Source: Eledone cirrhosa (lineage: Eukaryota). Taken from it: a stretch of 64,000 bases of DNA. This document shows positions 1 to 14,429 of the stretch, one piece after another. The stretch spans positions 298,902,001-298,966,000 of the forward strand of contig OZ024742.1 of NCBI GenBank assembly GCA_964016885.1, read 5' to 3'. Each line of letters starts with the position of its first letter. Positions within the stretch are counted from its first letter, which is position 1. The notes below the pieces were generated by a model. The model ran no database searches and had not been told where the DNA came from. It was given only the letters and a program-made list of their open reading frames with translations. The translations under genes were made by a program, and so were the position numbers.

Positions 1-29
1 CGTATATATATACGTATATAAATATATAC

Positions 30-75
<46 letters not shown>

Positions 76-128
76 GTATATTATATATATAATATATATA
101 TATATACGTATATATATATATATATACG

Positions 129-179
<51 letters not shown>

Positions 180-276
180 GTATATATATACGTATATATA
201 TATATACGTATATATATATATATATATATATACGTATATATATACGTATATATATATATATACGTATATATATACG

Positions 277-310
<34 letters not shown>

Positions 311-415
311 TATATACGTATATATATATATATATACGTATATATATATATACGTATATATATATATATACGTATATATATATATATATATATATATACG
401 TATATATATATATAC

Positions 416-463
<48 letters not shown>

Positions 464-483
464 GTATATATATATATATATAC

Positions 484-551
<68 letters not shown>

Positions 552-641
552 GTATATATATATATATACGTATAATATATATATAATATATATATATATA
601 CGTATATATATATATATACGTATATATAGATATATATATAT

Positions 642-679
<38 letters not shown>

Positions 680-725
680 GTATATATATATATACGTATA
701 TATATATAGAGAGAGAGATATATAG

Positions 726-1012
726 ATAGGTAAATATACACGGGTGTGTATGATTGTGTATAGAAGATTATATTAATAAGAGGAATTCCAACTTTGTCTG
801 ATTTACTCGTTTTATTTACAATCCTTTAAAATATATAATGGTATTATAATGAAATAGTATGATAGAATATTACATTCTAAGTGTTAATTCTAAGTGTTCA
901 ATTAACACTTAGAATTTAATATTCTATCATACTATTTCATTATAATACCATTATATATTTTAAAGGATTGTAAATAAAACGAGTAAATCAGACAAAGTTG
1001 GAATTCCTCTTA
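726..1012. repeat. Fold-back palindrome embedded in the TA array, copy 1
   Basis: 777-889 is the reverse complement of 900-1012 with one mismatch. The 10-nt spacer ctaagtgttc repeats the arm end. There is an unpaired ~50-bp extension at 726-776. Confidence 0.93.
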
Positions 1013-1040
1013 ATATATATATATATATATATATATACGT

Positions 1041-1108
<68 letters not shown>

Positions 1109-1302
1109 GTATATATATATATATATATATACGTATATATATATATATATATATATACGTATATATATATATATATATATATACGTATATATATATATAT
1201 ATATATACGTATATATATATATATATATATATATACGTATATATATATATATACGTATATATATATATATATATATACGTATATATATATATATATATAT
1301 AC

Positions 1303-1357
<55 letters not shown>

Positions 1358-1364
1358 TATATAC

Positions 1365-1396
<32 letters not shown>

Positions 1397-1482
1397 GTAT
1401 ATATATATATATATATATACGTATATATATATATATACGTATATATATATATATATATACGTATATATATATATATATATAC

Positions 1483-1556
<74 letters not shown>

Positions 1557-2021
1557 GTATATATATATATATATATATACGTATATATATATATATATAT
1601 ATACGTATATATATATATATACGTATATATATATATATATATATACGTATATATATATATATATACGTATATATATATATATATATACGTATATATATAT
1701 ATATATACGTATATATATATATATATACGTATATATATATATATATATACGTATATATATATATATATACGTATATATATATATATATACGTATATATAT
1801 ATATATACGTATATATATATATACCTATATATCTATATATATATATATATACCTATATATCTATATATATATACGTATATATATATATATATACGTATAT
1901 ATATATATATATATACGTATATATATATATATGTATATATATACGTATATATATATATATATACGTATATATATATATATATATATATATACGTATATAT
2001 ATATATATATGTATATATACG

Positions 2022-2063
<42 letters not shown>

Positions 2064-2065
2064 CG

Positions 2066-2101
<36 letters not shown>

Positions 2102-2109
2102 TATATACG

Positions 2110-2171
<62 letters not shown>

Positions 2172-2193
2172 CGTATATATATATATATGTATA

Positions 2194-2286
<93 letters not shown>

Positions 2287-2328
2287 GTATATATATATAC
2301 GTATATATATACGTATATATATATATAC

Positions 2329-2360
<32 letters not shown>

Positions 2361-2373
2361 GTATATATATACG

Positions 2374-2420
<47 letters not shown>

Positions 2421-2520
2421 GTATATATATATATATACACGTATATATATATATATACGTATATATATATATACGTATATATATATATATATATATATAT
2501 ACGTATATATATATATATAC

Positions 2521-2562
<42 letters not shown>

Positions 2563-2582
2563 GTATATATATATATATATAC

Positions 2583-2642
<60 letters not shown>

Positions 2643-2711
2643 CGTATATATATATATATACGTATAATATATATATAATATATATATATATACGTATATA
2701 TATATATATAC

Positions 2712-2789
<78 letters not shown>

Positions 2790-2835
2790 GTATATATATA
2801 TATACGTATATATATATAGAGAGAGAGATATATAG

Positions 2836-3122
2836 ATAGGTAAATATACACGGGTGTGTATGATTGTGTATAGAAGATTATATTAATAAGAGGAATTCCA
2901 ACTTTGTCTGATTTACTCGTTTTATTTACAATCCTTTAAAATATATAATGGTATTATAATGAAATAGTATGATAGAATATTACATTCTAAGTGTTAATTC
3001 TAAGTGTTCAATTAACACTTAGAATTTAATATTCTATCATACTATTTCATTATAATACCATTATATATTTTAAAGGATTGTAAATAAAACGAGTAAATCA
3101 GACAAAGTTGGAATTCCTCTTA
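2836..3122. repeat. Fold-back palindrome embedded in the TA array, copy 2
   Basis: Same sequence as 726-1012, shifted by 2110 bp. Confidence 0.93.
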
Positions 3123-3146
3123 ATATATATATATATATATATACGT

Positions 3147-3194
<48 letters not shown>

Positions 3195-3242
3195 GTATAT
3201 ATATATATATATATATACGTATATATATATATATATATATAC

Positions 3243-3354
<112 letters not shown>

Positions 3355-3438
3355 GTATATATATATATATATATATATACGTATATATATATATATATAT
3401 ATATATACGTATATATATATATATATATATATATATAC

Positions 3439-3474
<36 letters not shown>

Positions 3475-3504
3475 GTATATATATATATATATATATATAT
3501 ATAC

Positions 3505-3550
<46 letters not shown>

Positions 3551-3580
3551 GTATATATATATATATATATATATATATAC

Positions 3581-3674
<94 letters not shown>

Positions 3675-3675
3675 G

Positions 3676-3784
<109 letters not shown>

Positions 3785-4004
3785 GTATATATATATATAT
3801 ATATATATATACGTATATATATATATATATACGTATATATATATATATATATATACGTATATATATATATATATATACGTATATATATATATATATACGT
3901 ATATATATATATATACGTATATATATGTATACCTATATATCTATATATATATATATATATACCTATATATCTATATATATATACGTATATATATATATAT
4001 ATAC

Positions 4005-4036
<32 letters not shown>

Positions 4037-4153
4037 GTATATATATATATATATGTATATATATACGTATATATATATATATATACGTATATATATATAT
4101 ATATATATATATACGTATATATATATGTATATATATATATATATATATATACG

Positions 4154-4189
<36 letters not shown>

Positions 4190-4195
4190 TATACG

Positions 4196-4256
<61 letters not shown>

Positions 4257-4387
4257 GTATATATATATACGTATATATATACGTATATATATATATACGT
4301 ATATATATATATATATACGTATATATATACGTATATATATACGTATATATATATATATATACGTATATATATACGTATATATATACG

Positions 4388-4418
<31 letters not shown>

Positions 4419-4449
4419 CGTATATATATACGTATATATATATATATAC

Positions 4450-4485
<36 letters not shown>

Positions 4486-4601
4486 GTATATATATATATA
4501 TACGTATATATATATATACGTATATATATATATATACGTATATATATATATACGTATATATATATATATATATATATATATACGTATATATATATATATA
4601 C

Positions 4602-4633
<32 letters not shown>

Positions 4634-4765
4634 GTATATATATATATATATACGTATATATATATATATATATATATACGTATATATATACGTATATATA
4701 TATATATATATATACGTATATATATACGTATATATATATATATATATATACGTATATATATATGA

Positions 4766-4914
4766 TATATATATCCTCTCCTTACTATCGTTGCTTTCAT
4801 ATTTCTCCTTGCTCCCCTTTTCTCATTGTATTTGTATATAAACAAGTACATATATACAAGGAGAAAAGGAGAGCAATGAGAAGCGAGAGCAAGGATAACA
4901 AGGGGAGCATATCA
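4766..4914. repeat. Imperfect inverted repeat (old fold-back or MITE-like)
   Basis: The pyrimidine-rich arm ctcccttactatcgttgc...ccttttctcattgtat pairs imperfectly with the purine-rich arm atacaaggagaaaagg...gcaaggataacaaggggag. Confidence 0.65.
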
Positions 4915-4939
4915 ACTGAAGAGGTACATTCTGCACCAA

Positions 4940-5749
4940 AATGACTTTTCTCCCTTTACAAACATTATGTTTTCGTCTTTTGTAACTCCTGGTGCAAAAA
5001 TTTACTTCACGAGATTTTCCGTCAGCACTGATTTGCTCGACAAAGACCCTTCAATATGCAAGGATGATTACAAAAGTGGAATTAAAAGACTTGAGAAGAC
5101 ACTCGTTGTGAATGTTGTTACAGAAAGAGGTGTCAAACTCATTATGGATTACAATAAGATTCTCACAAAAGAAGACACTGAGAAACAATTTGTTTTACAG
5201 ATTGTTACCGAAAACCGTAAAACATATCCAACTGCCCACTAAATCCTCTCTTATGCAAAAATAATTGTTTCTACTTTTGGCACAAGGCCAGCAATTACCC
5301 AGTGTATTACTGGTACTTTATTTTATCGACCCCGTAAGGATGAAAGGCAAAGTTAACTTCGGCGGGATGCAAAAACAATGTTCAGTGTTCAGTGTTCACA
5401 TTATGTATTTGATTCTATAGGAATTATTCTCTTATACAACTCGTGTGCTTTATTAAGAAAACCTAATATTTCTTAAGTTTTTCATCTTGGATGTGTTCAC
5501 ATAAATTTCTCTAAGAAGAAAAAAGAAAATGGTCGAGATAGGGAACAGTATATCGCCTTTGAACAGAATTAATCGTTGCGTATAATATGTTGCAACTTCA
5601 AGGCGTTTGAGGGTCGCCTAGCCGTTGTTCAATTGAGCTGAAGTTTTACACCTCCCCCCCCCCCATGTTTTTGTTGATTGGAACAGGATAAGAGGGTGGG
5701 AGCAGCAAAATGTTTACTTTCGGAAAATTACCTATTGCTAAGTTCCACC

Positions 5750-5752
<3 letters not shown>
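4940..5752 (+). mobile_element. 3' remnant of a hAT-related DNA transposon (transposase C-terminus plus probable right terminus)
   Basis: ORF 4967-5242 contains VVNVVTERGVKLIMDYNKILTKE..KQFVLQIVTENRKTYP, recalling the VVNDxAERGVKL motif of invertebrate hAT-related transposases. The segment ends in CCACCCTA (reverse complement TAGGGTGG) next to (TA)n. Subfamily assignment is from memory. Confidence 0.5.
5260..5368 (-). mobile_element. 5'-truncated tRNA-derived SINE
   Basis: Reverse complement of the 3' half of the SINE at 19790-19980. Confidence 0.9.
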
Positions 5753-5802
<50 letters not shown>

Positions 5803-5876
5803 CTGTGTGTGTATAGTAATAATAATAAATTTGAAGACTAAAATCCAAAGAGGGCTCGATAAGGATAAATATATAT

Positions 5877-5911
<35 letters not shown>

Positions 5912-5918
<7 letters not shown>

Positions 5919-7510
5919 CTCAAGAACACAATTTCAAACCTAAATTCCTCAAAAAGTGTTTTAGCCCACTCTGACAAAACCAATAATTTATATGGTATTT
6001 CCAAGGATAACTATAACAACCTTATCCTAAAGGAACTTATGAAAAAATATCGAAAAACCAACCATGATAATTTAGAATCCATAAACTTTGAAGCTTCTGA
6101 GATTATGTCAAAACTTGGCATCGGAAAAAAGACCGAACCATTCCTCCCAAGAACTCCGAGGATAAATCTCAAGGATCACAAAAACAATTTTCGTACTGAA
6201 CTACCTGTTAGATTAATCGCCCCCTCTAAATCAGATCTGGGGGTTGTTAGCAAAGCCATCTTGGATAGAATTATCCCACAGGTTCGTTCTAATTGCTCTT
6301 CTTTGAACTTAAATTTATGGTTTGGTACTTCTGAAGTGATTGGCTGGTTCAACAAATTGAATAATAAAAACAAACTAAAATTTGATCAATTTGATATTGC
6401 CAGCTACTATTCTTCTATTTCGCCTTCACTTCTCAACAATGCTCTATCTTTGGCATTTAAATATTCTGACATCACCACAGATGAACTTCACACCATTCTC
6501 ATGAATATTGGACCAGAGCTGATACCTCTAACAACTTTGACATCACAATGGGAGCATCCGATTCATCCCAATTGACAGATTTAATTGGTATCTTTATTTT
6601 GAACTCTTTGAATCGGAAAATTCCTCAACTTCGCGGTGGAATTTATCGTGACGATGGACTCTTTACTATCTTAAATTGCAACATAGTTAACCTTAATATT
6701 ATTAAGAACAATATATGTAATCTCTTTAACCAACATAACTTAAAAATTGAATTTGATAACAGCATCAAACTAGCTAATTTCTTGGATGTATCTCTTAATC
6801 TTGACACTGGCCTATATTACCCTTACCATAAAACAATGAGAACCTAAATTATGTTAATTTTAAATCTAACCACCCCACTAATATTAAGAATGCTATAGTT
6901 AGTAATATTGGAAAAAGAATATCTAACCTATCTTCTAATAAAAACATCTTTGATGCTAACGCTAATTACTATAATAATGCGCTTTTTAAAGCCGGCTATC
7001 CTGATAAAATCAAATATAGTAAAGAAACAAATTCTAGAAGATCTTACAGTAGAATAATTAATCATGATCATTCCAATAACTTTAATAAAATACCTAGATA
7101 CAAAAACATAATCTGGTATAATGCTCCTTTCTCCATCTATATTAATAATAATATTCCTAAATTATTCTTTCGTGCCTTAAATAAATGCTTCCCTCCCTCA
7201 CATATCTATAGTAAAATATTTAACAAACACACTATAACATTTTCCTATTCGACCTCCTCCAACATTTCCAACATTATCTCTAAACACAACAATAAAATAC
7301 TAAATACTAAATCTCTTCCTTCCAACACTGAATATCATAATAATAGTAATAGTACTCCCGACGTCATTGTAAACTCTAGGCTAATTTCTGCAAACCCAAA
7401 TACAACGTCAAACACAACTTCGCTAAATGTTCTTAATCCCATTCTAAATCAAGAAACTATTATTCCTATCGTAAATAACTTCTCCAATCCAATTCCTTCT
7501 ATAGATAACA
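5912..7510 (+). pseudogene. Penelope-like (Naiad-type) reverse transcriptase fragment, frameshifted and truncated before GIY-YIG
   Basis: Motifs SDKTNNLY, LKDHKNNF..PVRLIAPSKSDLG, QFDIASYYSSI, MGASDSSQLTDLIG, GIYRDDGL, NFLDVSLNL..YYPYHK, SNHP and IWYNAPFS across ORFs 6039-6575, 6548-6847 and downstream frames. Confidence 0.9.
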
Positions 7511-8300
7511 CTGTACAAAAGGGGTTTTATTTACAATATTAACAGTTAATACTGTTGTTAATACTGTAATACTGTTGTTAATACCGTAATACAATTTTTA
7601 ATACTGTATTTGTTAATACTAAAGGCCGCTGATCACTCGAAATTGCGTCATTGGACCTTAAATACAGTGTGTGTCTCTGATATAATCATCGGAATACTGT
7701 AGGGTATAACACATGGCACTGGTATTTATAGATACAGCGGAGAATCAAGTGAATGAAAACAATAACACCAATAGTAAAATAAAATAAAAACAGTATAAAA
7801 AAATAAAAATGATAAAAAAGTCAAAATTAAGTAAAAAATACGGTTACTGATAATAGTAGTAGCGGTGGTGGTAGTTGAAGTTATAATGGTGAATAAGTGG
7901 ATGTTTGAAACAGTGATGACAACAATGATAACAATAACATGAAAATAAATACGATAAATGATAGGCGATATGATGTTGAGTGGACGTGGTGCTAATATAG
8001 TGTATTGGCGAAATATAAATGCCAAAAATACAAAAAATATCAGAGGATTGAAATAAAAAATAAAAAATAAGAGAGAAAGAGATAAAGATGAGTGGACGTG
8101 GTGCTAATATAGTGTATTGGCGAAATATAAATGCCAAAAATACAAAAAATATCAGAGGATTGAAATAAAAAATAAAAAATAAGAGAGAAAGAGATAAAGA
8201 ACAGGAGATAGAGAATAAAGAATAAGGATTCGAGGATGAGACATAAAGAATAGGACTAAGGAGGGGAGAACAGTAAATAGATAAATAGAGAATAAAAAGT
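7511..8300 (-). mobile_element. PLE-type 3' region with a disrupted hammerhead motif (7533-7700)
   Basis: 7511-7543 and 7620-7695 align with the HHR-bearing segment 57200-57334. The minus strand reads acagtatt-CCGATGA...gtt-aatattgt. The GAAA/stem III part is replaced by a short tandem array. Confidence 0.6.
7977..8200 (+). repeat. Exact 112-bp tandem duplication
   Basis: tgagtggacgtggtgctaat...gagataaaga occurs at 7977-8088 and 8089-8200. Confidence 0.92.
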
Positions 8301-8810
8301 GAAAAGGACAGTGATGATTATATGGGTGATTAAGATCTGGTAGATTGATTGTTTTATCTTAATGTATATATATATATATATTATATATACAATATATAGA
8401 GAGAAACACACAGATACATGCGGACACATACACATACATGAATATATCAACACATATCCCTGTGTTAGTGGTGCCAACCTCAACCGATGTTGCTCTATGA
8501 ATAACTGGGACAGAACTATCCGAATGGATTAGACTGATTCAGTATCAGAGCTATCTCCCTTTGGTCGAGTAACCTTTTAAGTGTAGTGACTGCTGGATAG
8601 CTACCATTACTCATACTTCTCGCCTCCTCAAACCACCTCTTCTACGGCTTTGATATGAATACCCCCTCCGCATCCGTGGTATTTTTTTCAGGGTTATAAG
8701 GGGCTTAGCTCTATTTCTTGACCGCTGTATCATGTGATTGACTCGCCCGCCGCCTTTTTGAGATTCTATCTCGCGCAGTGCAGACGTGTTTTGAAATCCT
8801 TAATGAGGTA

Positions 8811-8904
8811 TCCCCTTGATAAGTCGGCAGAACCTCACAAAAGCTCTATATCTCTATGATCTAGTGTTTTTGCTTAATATGCCACGAAGCTACGTAGTCG
8901 GGGA
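8811..8904 (+). ncRNA. Type I hammerhead ribozyme candidate, U3-A8 core variant
   Basis: Stem I tcccc/gggga; core TTGATAA; stem II gt-c-ggca...tgcc-ac; GAAG (A15.1>G); palindromic stem III ctacgtag; GTC cleavage triplet ending at 8899. Confidence 0.7.
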
Positions 8905-8973
8905 CTGAAGAACCAGATAGGTATGATATATCTTATTACTAATTATATCTAATGTTTCTTTTCTCTTCATAAT

Positions 8974-9020
<47 letters not shown>

Positions 9021-9062
9021 AAGAAGTTTATGAAACGGAAATGCGGGTATAAAGAATTTATT

Positions 9063-9179
9063 AGGTAACAATTGTTTCTATAGTGTATGGGTTACCTATA
9101 CCTCGCTATTTGTATAATATAAAAATATTATCATAAATCTTAGGTACACTGTAAGAAAACACATCATGTCGTCAGACCT
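9063..9179 (-). ncRNA. Type I hammerhead ribozyme candidate with long stem II insert
   Basis: Minus strand: aggt-CTGACGA-(~90 nt)-GAAA-caattg-TT-acct. Minimal palindromic stem III. The base of stem II is degenerate. It lies ~50 nt from (TA)n. Confidence 0.65.
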
Positions 9180-9825
9180 TTGTAGTAGAATGATATGAAA
9201 ATATTTTATACACTAGATATAAGAGAAAGAAGGAGGTAGGAAGGAAGAGGAAGAGGGAAGCGAGTAAGGGGAGGGAGTCTTAGGATTTAAGACTGTCAGA
9301 GTAGTAGAGATTGTAAGAAGAAAATGTTTTGGCAGCAGTTAGCTTAATGAGGCGTGTTAGGGTTGGCGGAGGAAGTAAATTCTTCTAGTGGTGTTGTTTG
9401 GACAAAATTTAGTTAAAGGGGTCAAAGTAGTACAGAATTACAGACAAGTTATTGGGGCTATTATAGTAGCAGGTTATTTCTAAAGGGGTCCAAAAAACAG
9501 TGTTTAGTACTATTATTATAGAAAGCGATATCGTGTGTATAAACATATAAAACAGAAATTTGCAAACGGTGGTGTAAAAAGGTAACATTACATGCATTTA
9601 AAAAAAGAAAAAGTCGTTTTCAAACGATGGTTACAGTAAAGTGAACTTTCAATTTTGCTGTTCAAAAGTTTGTTTTCCGACGTTAAAATGCAGTATATCT
9701 CTATATTGCATAATTTACAGAATCGATGATTTTGCTTATATGCAGGCGCAGCTACAATAATTTGTCAATCAAGGGAGAATGCTTGATTGTTCCTCCGAAG
9801 CTGCCAGGCTTTATCGGCGAGGGTT

Positions 9826-9939
<114 letters not shown>

Positions 9940-11006
9940 TGAGGGAATAAGAGCGATAGAGAAATGTGAGAGGGTGTTGGAGGTATATATATATGTATAT
10001 ATATATATATGTTCGTACATGCGTATGTTTATTTATGTAAATATGAATATATTTATAGATAATTATGATTTCTATACATATGTTTATATATGTCTTTGTA
10101 TAGTAATGCACGTATATGTTTATAGTTATGTAGATATAGATGGAATGGTGCTACCCAATATCCTTATCGCCTTATTTTGGAAAGAATATTTAACAAAAAA
10201 TTCGAAGTTATATTAAGTCTAGCAAGTGATTCTCTTTGAGGGCGTGTTTTGAAACTAAAGTAAGTACGTTGAAGCGAGCCATTTTAGCCATTAAAATTTC
10301 CTACATTCACCTTATATTTATTCCCTAGTGAGAAACGTGCCTTTGTATTCTTTGCTATTTTGTAATTGTCCAGATTCCAAAAAGTAAGAAGAAACGTTTG
10401 ACACCATATATGACAAATGAGTTTAACAGTATTTGTGCAGTTGAAATGACTCTACTAAGATATAATTAATTTGTCTAAAACATCACCATGAATTTGTTAA
10501 TGTATAAAACAAAATTAAACACAGCGCCAAAAGGTATTTTCCTTTATAAATTTAATTTTAAGATAATGGTACGAATAAGGAATAACGAAATACTATTCTA
10601 AAGTCTGTTAAATACATCTAAGATTATTTAAACGGTGTGATTAATTTTCTGATAATATATGTTGATCAGCAATGATCGGCTGTTATGCCAATTCACTCCC
10701 CGAAGATAAAATGTGTTGCCTTTGTTATGTAGGTGAGGAAATTGAATCGAACAGGCCTTAGAAAATGGAAGGAGACTACTGGAAAAATTACAAACAGTAA
10801 TTTCATTAATTGATAGATAAATACAAAGACTCATAAAAGAAAAGAAAAGAAAAGAAAAAACACATTTAAAAAACTATGAATCCTACTTCCGATAGCACTT
10901 TTAGAGTATCGTTAAACAGTATAGAAATGTGACTTATAGATAGATACATCTACCACACACGTTGATTCAGGAAGTGTGAGTTGTAATCTAATGGCGCGCA
11001 CACCAT

Positions 11007-11049
<43 letters not shown>

Positions 11050-11051
<2 letters not shown>

Positions 11052-11123
11052 AGATGTCCTCCCAAAATGTATACACATTATTTAATGCTGTTGAAGTGTG
11101 TATACATCCTTTTGGGATACCCT
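11050..11123. mobile_element. Miniature Tc1/mariner-like MITE remnant
   Basis: cccaaaatgtatacac (11061-11076) is inverted against gtgtatacatccttttggg (11098-11116). It directly follows (TA)n. Confidence 0.45.
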
Positions 11124-11309
11124 CTCTTTCTTTCTCTTCCTCTCTCTCTCTATATATATATATATAAATGTGTGTGTGTATGTATGTGTGTATGTTTATG
11201 TGTGTGTGTGTTTATATGTCTGTGTGTGCCTGTGTGTATGCGAGTGCATGATCGTAATATATTTCATATTATATATAGTATATTTATATATAATCATATA
11301 TAATCTCTG

Positions 11310-11381
<72 letters not shown>

Positions 11382-12169
11382 CAGTAAAAAGTTATTTGCC
11401 TCTAATAAGCTTACATAGGTATAGCGGGAATTGTGTGTGTGTACGTGTAACATACAATACGCGATATGTGGTGCTTCTTTGGTCTGATGTAACGTTTGAT
11501 ATTGAGAGAAAGTGATGAGAGTGAATTATTATGTGCTGAAGGAGAAATACACCTAATTACCATAGTGGTAAGCAACGAATAAGAGTGATAGAGAACGAAA
11601 ATAACGTTAAGCTGTAAGAAGTTCACATAAACATACAAACAGACACATGGGTTCACATTCTAGTAATTTTTTCTGAGCTCTTGCACGATGTTGCGTTTTC
11701 CTTTCATCGTTTCTTCATTCTTTTTTCTGATTGGACTTACGAAAATATTACTTAACAAACATGGCAACTAAGCAACCCAGCATACGTTTTCGTCGCTAGA
11801 CAGAATTTCATGGTCGTATCCGATTAATCGTATTACATTAATTTCGCATACATCATCAATCTTCAGCCTTTGTGAAAACAATATGTTTCAGGTTTTTTTT
11901 TTCACTTCCGATACTGAATCACTTTAACAAGCATAGTTTTGAAAAAAATAAATCAGATCTATGGGAGGCAACATATGCCAAATAATGTTTATATCGAATA
12001 TACTGGCTTTTATCTAATAGAACATTTGAGTGCAAAGGAGAATTTTCACTCGATATCGCGTCGATTCCCCTGGCTGCTTCGCGGGCGTCGGTATTGTCAC
12101 AGCTATTCTGTAGTTGCGGCATGTGGGGACTTGAAGCGAAAGATGAATTAGTGCAGGGTAGTCAAGGTT

Positions 12170-12732
12170 TACTTCAAACATTAAGGCAGCCATTGGGACC
12201 TAACGAGTTCTTTAGTTTCAGCCGCCTCACAACGATGAGGAGCCCGCATTGCTTTGTTCCATTAATATAGGGTCTGTATATTTCTACAATCTTCAGCTGA
12301 TACTGTTTTCCAATGAGTTCTCTTTCAGATTCCAGACCTGGCAAATATTGTTGTAGTTCTTTTCTCTCTGTTTTGAAACAAAGCTATATTGGTTTCATAG
12401 TGGAGCTTGATCTGCTCCTCTATGAGCCCGACATATCACTTGCTGTCTGGGTTTGTGGCTCTGACAGTTACCTCTTAGATTATAGGCATTTTTTTCAAGC
12501 TCCATTTAGTGGGCATATATTTATGTTCCTACAACAGCACTCAGCTAAGTTACGTAATGCTGATTTGTTGGTTTATGTACCTTTGAATCTGGGCATGGAG
12601 CTAAAGCTGATCTAAAGGTTATACCTATTAAATAGCTTCTTGTATATGTGGTTATCACGAAAGTGTTTGCCTATTAGAAATAAGAATGTTCTGCCGAGAA
12701 GGCAGGTTTGAGTTAGATTTTATTTCGGCGAG
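12170..12732 (-). pseudogene. Degenerate PLE linker and GIY-YIG endonuclease
   Basis: Manual translation gives GRTFLFLIGKHF..HIYKKLFNRYNL*ISFSSMP, CCCRNINICPLNG, YVGL, VWNLKE and IS*KIV..RPYINGTKQC, colinear with the 47288-48217 protein. Multiple stops. Confidence 0.75.
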
Positions 12733-13144
12733 ACCATGTTAACGCCGATGGCCCTGCTTATGTCTGTTTGTTTACCCAATCTGTACCCTTGCTAACGAAC
12801 AATATTCTCCACACGTGCCTAATAATCTCACATTTCACAATATGTGGTAGATTCTATTGAAGAATGTAGTGGTCACTGAAAAAGGGTAAAGTTCGACAAT
12901 GTCCTAATAGATAATGCTGACGCTTCTCTTATTACTGTTATGTTATACTATCTAATTACTTTCCCACTGTTTGTATCTCCCCTAGATCAGAACATCTATA
13001 TTGCTTCCATCTATTGTTGAATCAAACTGATTCAGCAATGGATGTAAATAACATCCCGAACGCATATACATTTTTTTCATAAAGCTTGATGATTGATGGC
13101 TTAGTTGCCATGTATTTTACATTTCGTATGCTCATTCGTTCGTA

Positions 13145-13269
<125 letters not shown>

Positions 13270-13333
13270 AATAATAATAATGATAATAATAATACAAGGT
13301 GGAATGGATACTACTTCATTACGTTTATAGGTT

Positions 13334-13418
13334 GGTGACGCGCATTTCGCTACTGATCAGCTCAAGGTTCGATCTGTATCGATCTAGCCCAACTCAGGAA
13401 TCAAAAGCTCGTCGGACC
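13334..13418 (-). ncRNA. Type I hammerhead ribozyme candidate, CCGACGA (U4C) core
   Basis: Minus strand: ggt-CCGACGA-gct...agc-GAAA-tgcgcg-TC-acc. Palindromic GCGC loop in a minimal stem III. The segment lies between microsatellite tracts. Confidence 0.65.
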
Positions 13419-13538
13419 TCTGTGGTAGTAAAGACAATGAATATACATGGCATACAAAAAGTCTAACATTCATATGTTGGTCAGTTTAAGTTGTTTTGTT
13501 TGGTCGTAAACCTACAGTAACTCTGCATTACACTCCCA

Positions 13539-13574
<36 letters not shown>

Positions 13575-13658
13575 CAAATGAATTGTGGTAAGGAAACAAA
13601 TGGACCATAACGCACCAGAGTACTCAATACTTAAAGTAGTAGAGTGGGAAATAGGAAA

Positions 13659-13766
13659 AAGTATGACCCCGACGGCAGAGCTCAAGCCGTTTCGACGGCT
13701 ATTTCAGGACTAAATTAAAATTTTTAGTCTGGTGAATAAATAGCCGAACTTTTCAAGGGGGTACTT
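13659..13766 (-). ncRNA. Type I hammerhead ribozyme candidate, U3-A8 core variant (left arm)
   Basis: Minus strand: aagta-c-cccc-TTGAAAA-g-tt-cggctattt...aaatagccg-t-c-GAAA-cggc-ttgagctct-gccg-TC-gggg-tca-tactt. All three stems form. Confidence 0.75.
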
Positions 13767-14429
13767 CCTTATATGGGAAGATTGTAGTTGTCAAGAGGAT
13801 TGGTTAAAATTTGTTGTAAACACAAATAAGTCTATCATGGCATTTGGTGGAAGGTAGGGGTGGCTGAACTTGTCTGTAGAACAATAGGGGAGTGACAGGA
13901 GCGGTCAAGCGTTGAAAGTGATATGTTTACATCAGATTCTAAGGATAGTGTATGAAGTGGGGTAGGGAGGTTATAGAATAGGAAAATCGAAAGAGAGTAG
14001 GGGACAATAAAAGATACTAGAAAGAAATTAAAAAATATATAAAATTAGATAGTGAGAAATGAATAAAAAAATCGCAATGCTATCTTACAATTACAGGTTA
14101 ATAAGTTGAGAATAGATAAAACTTGTAGAAAATACAAAACTGATACAAAATTAAAGGGGTTTAACACATCTGCTATAAGTAGTTAGTAAAACGTATTCGG
14201 CCAATTCTATCTTAAAATAACAGGGGTGGGGGAACTGATGCTACAAGGCCCGATGGGCTGCATCGGGGTAGGCGAAAGAGGAAAAAGAGACGAGGAAGAA
14301 AATAGGGGGTGGAAGGAAGTGATAGGAAGAGAAAGAGGAAAAGAAAAGAGATACATCTACCTATGTAAGCTGGGGTTTCCCCTAACTTATTCGGCAAGTG
14401 TGTGTGTGGAGGGGGGTATCAGCCCTTGT

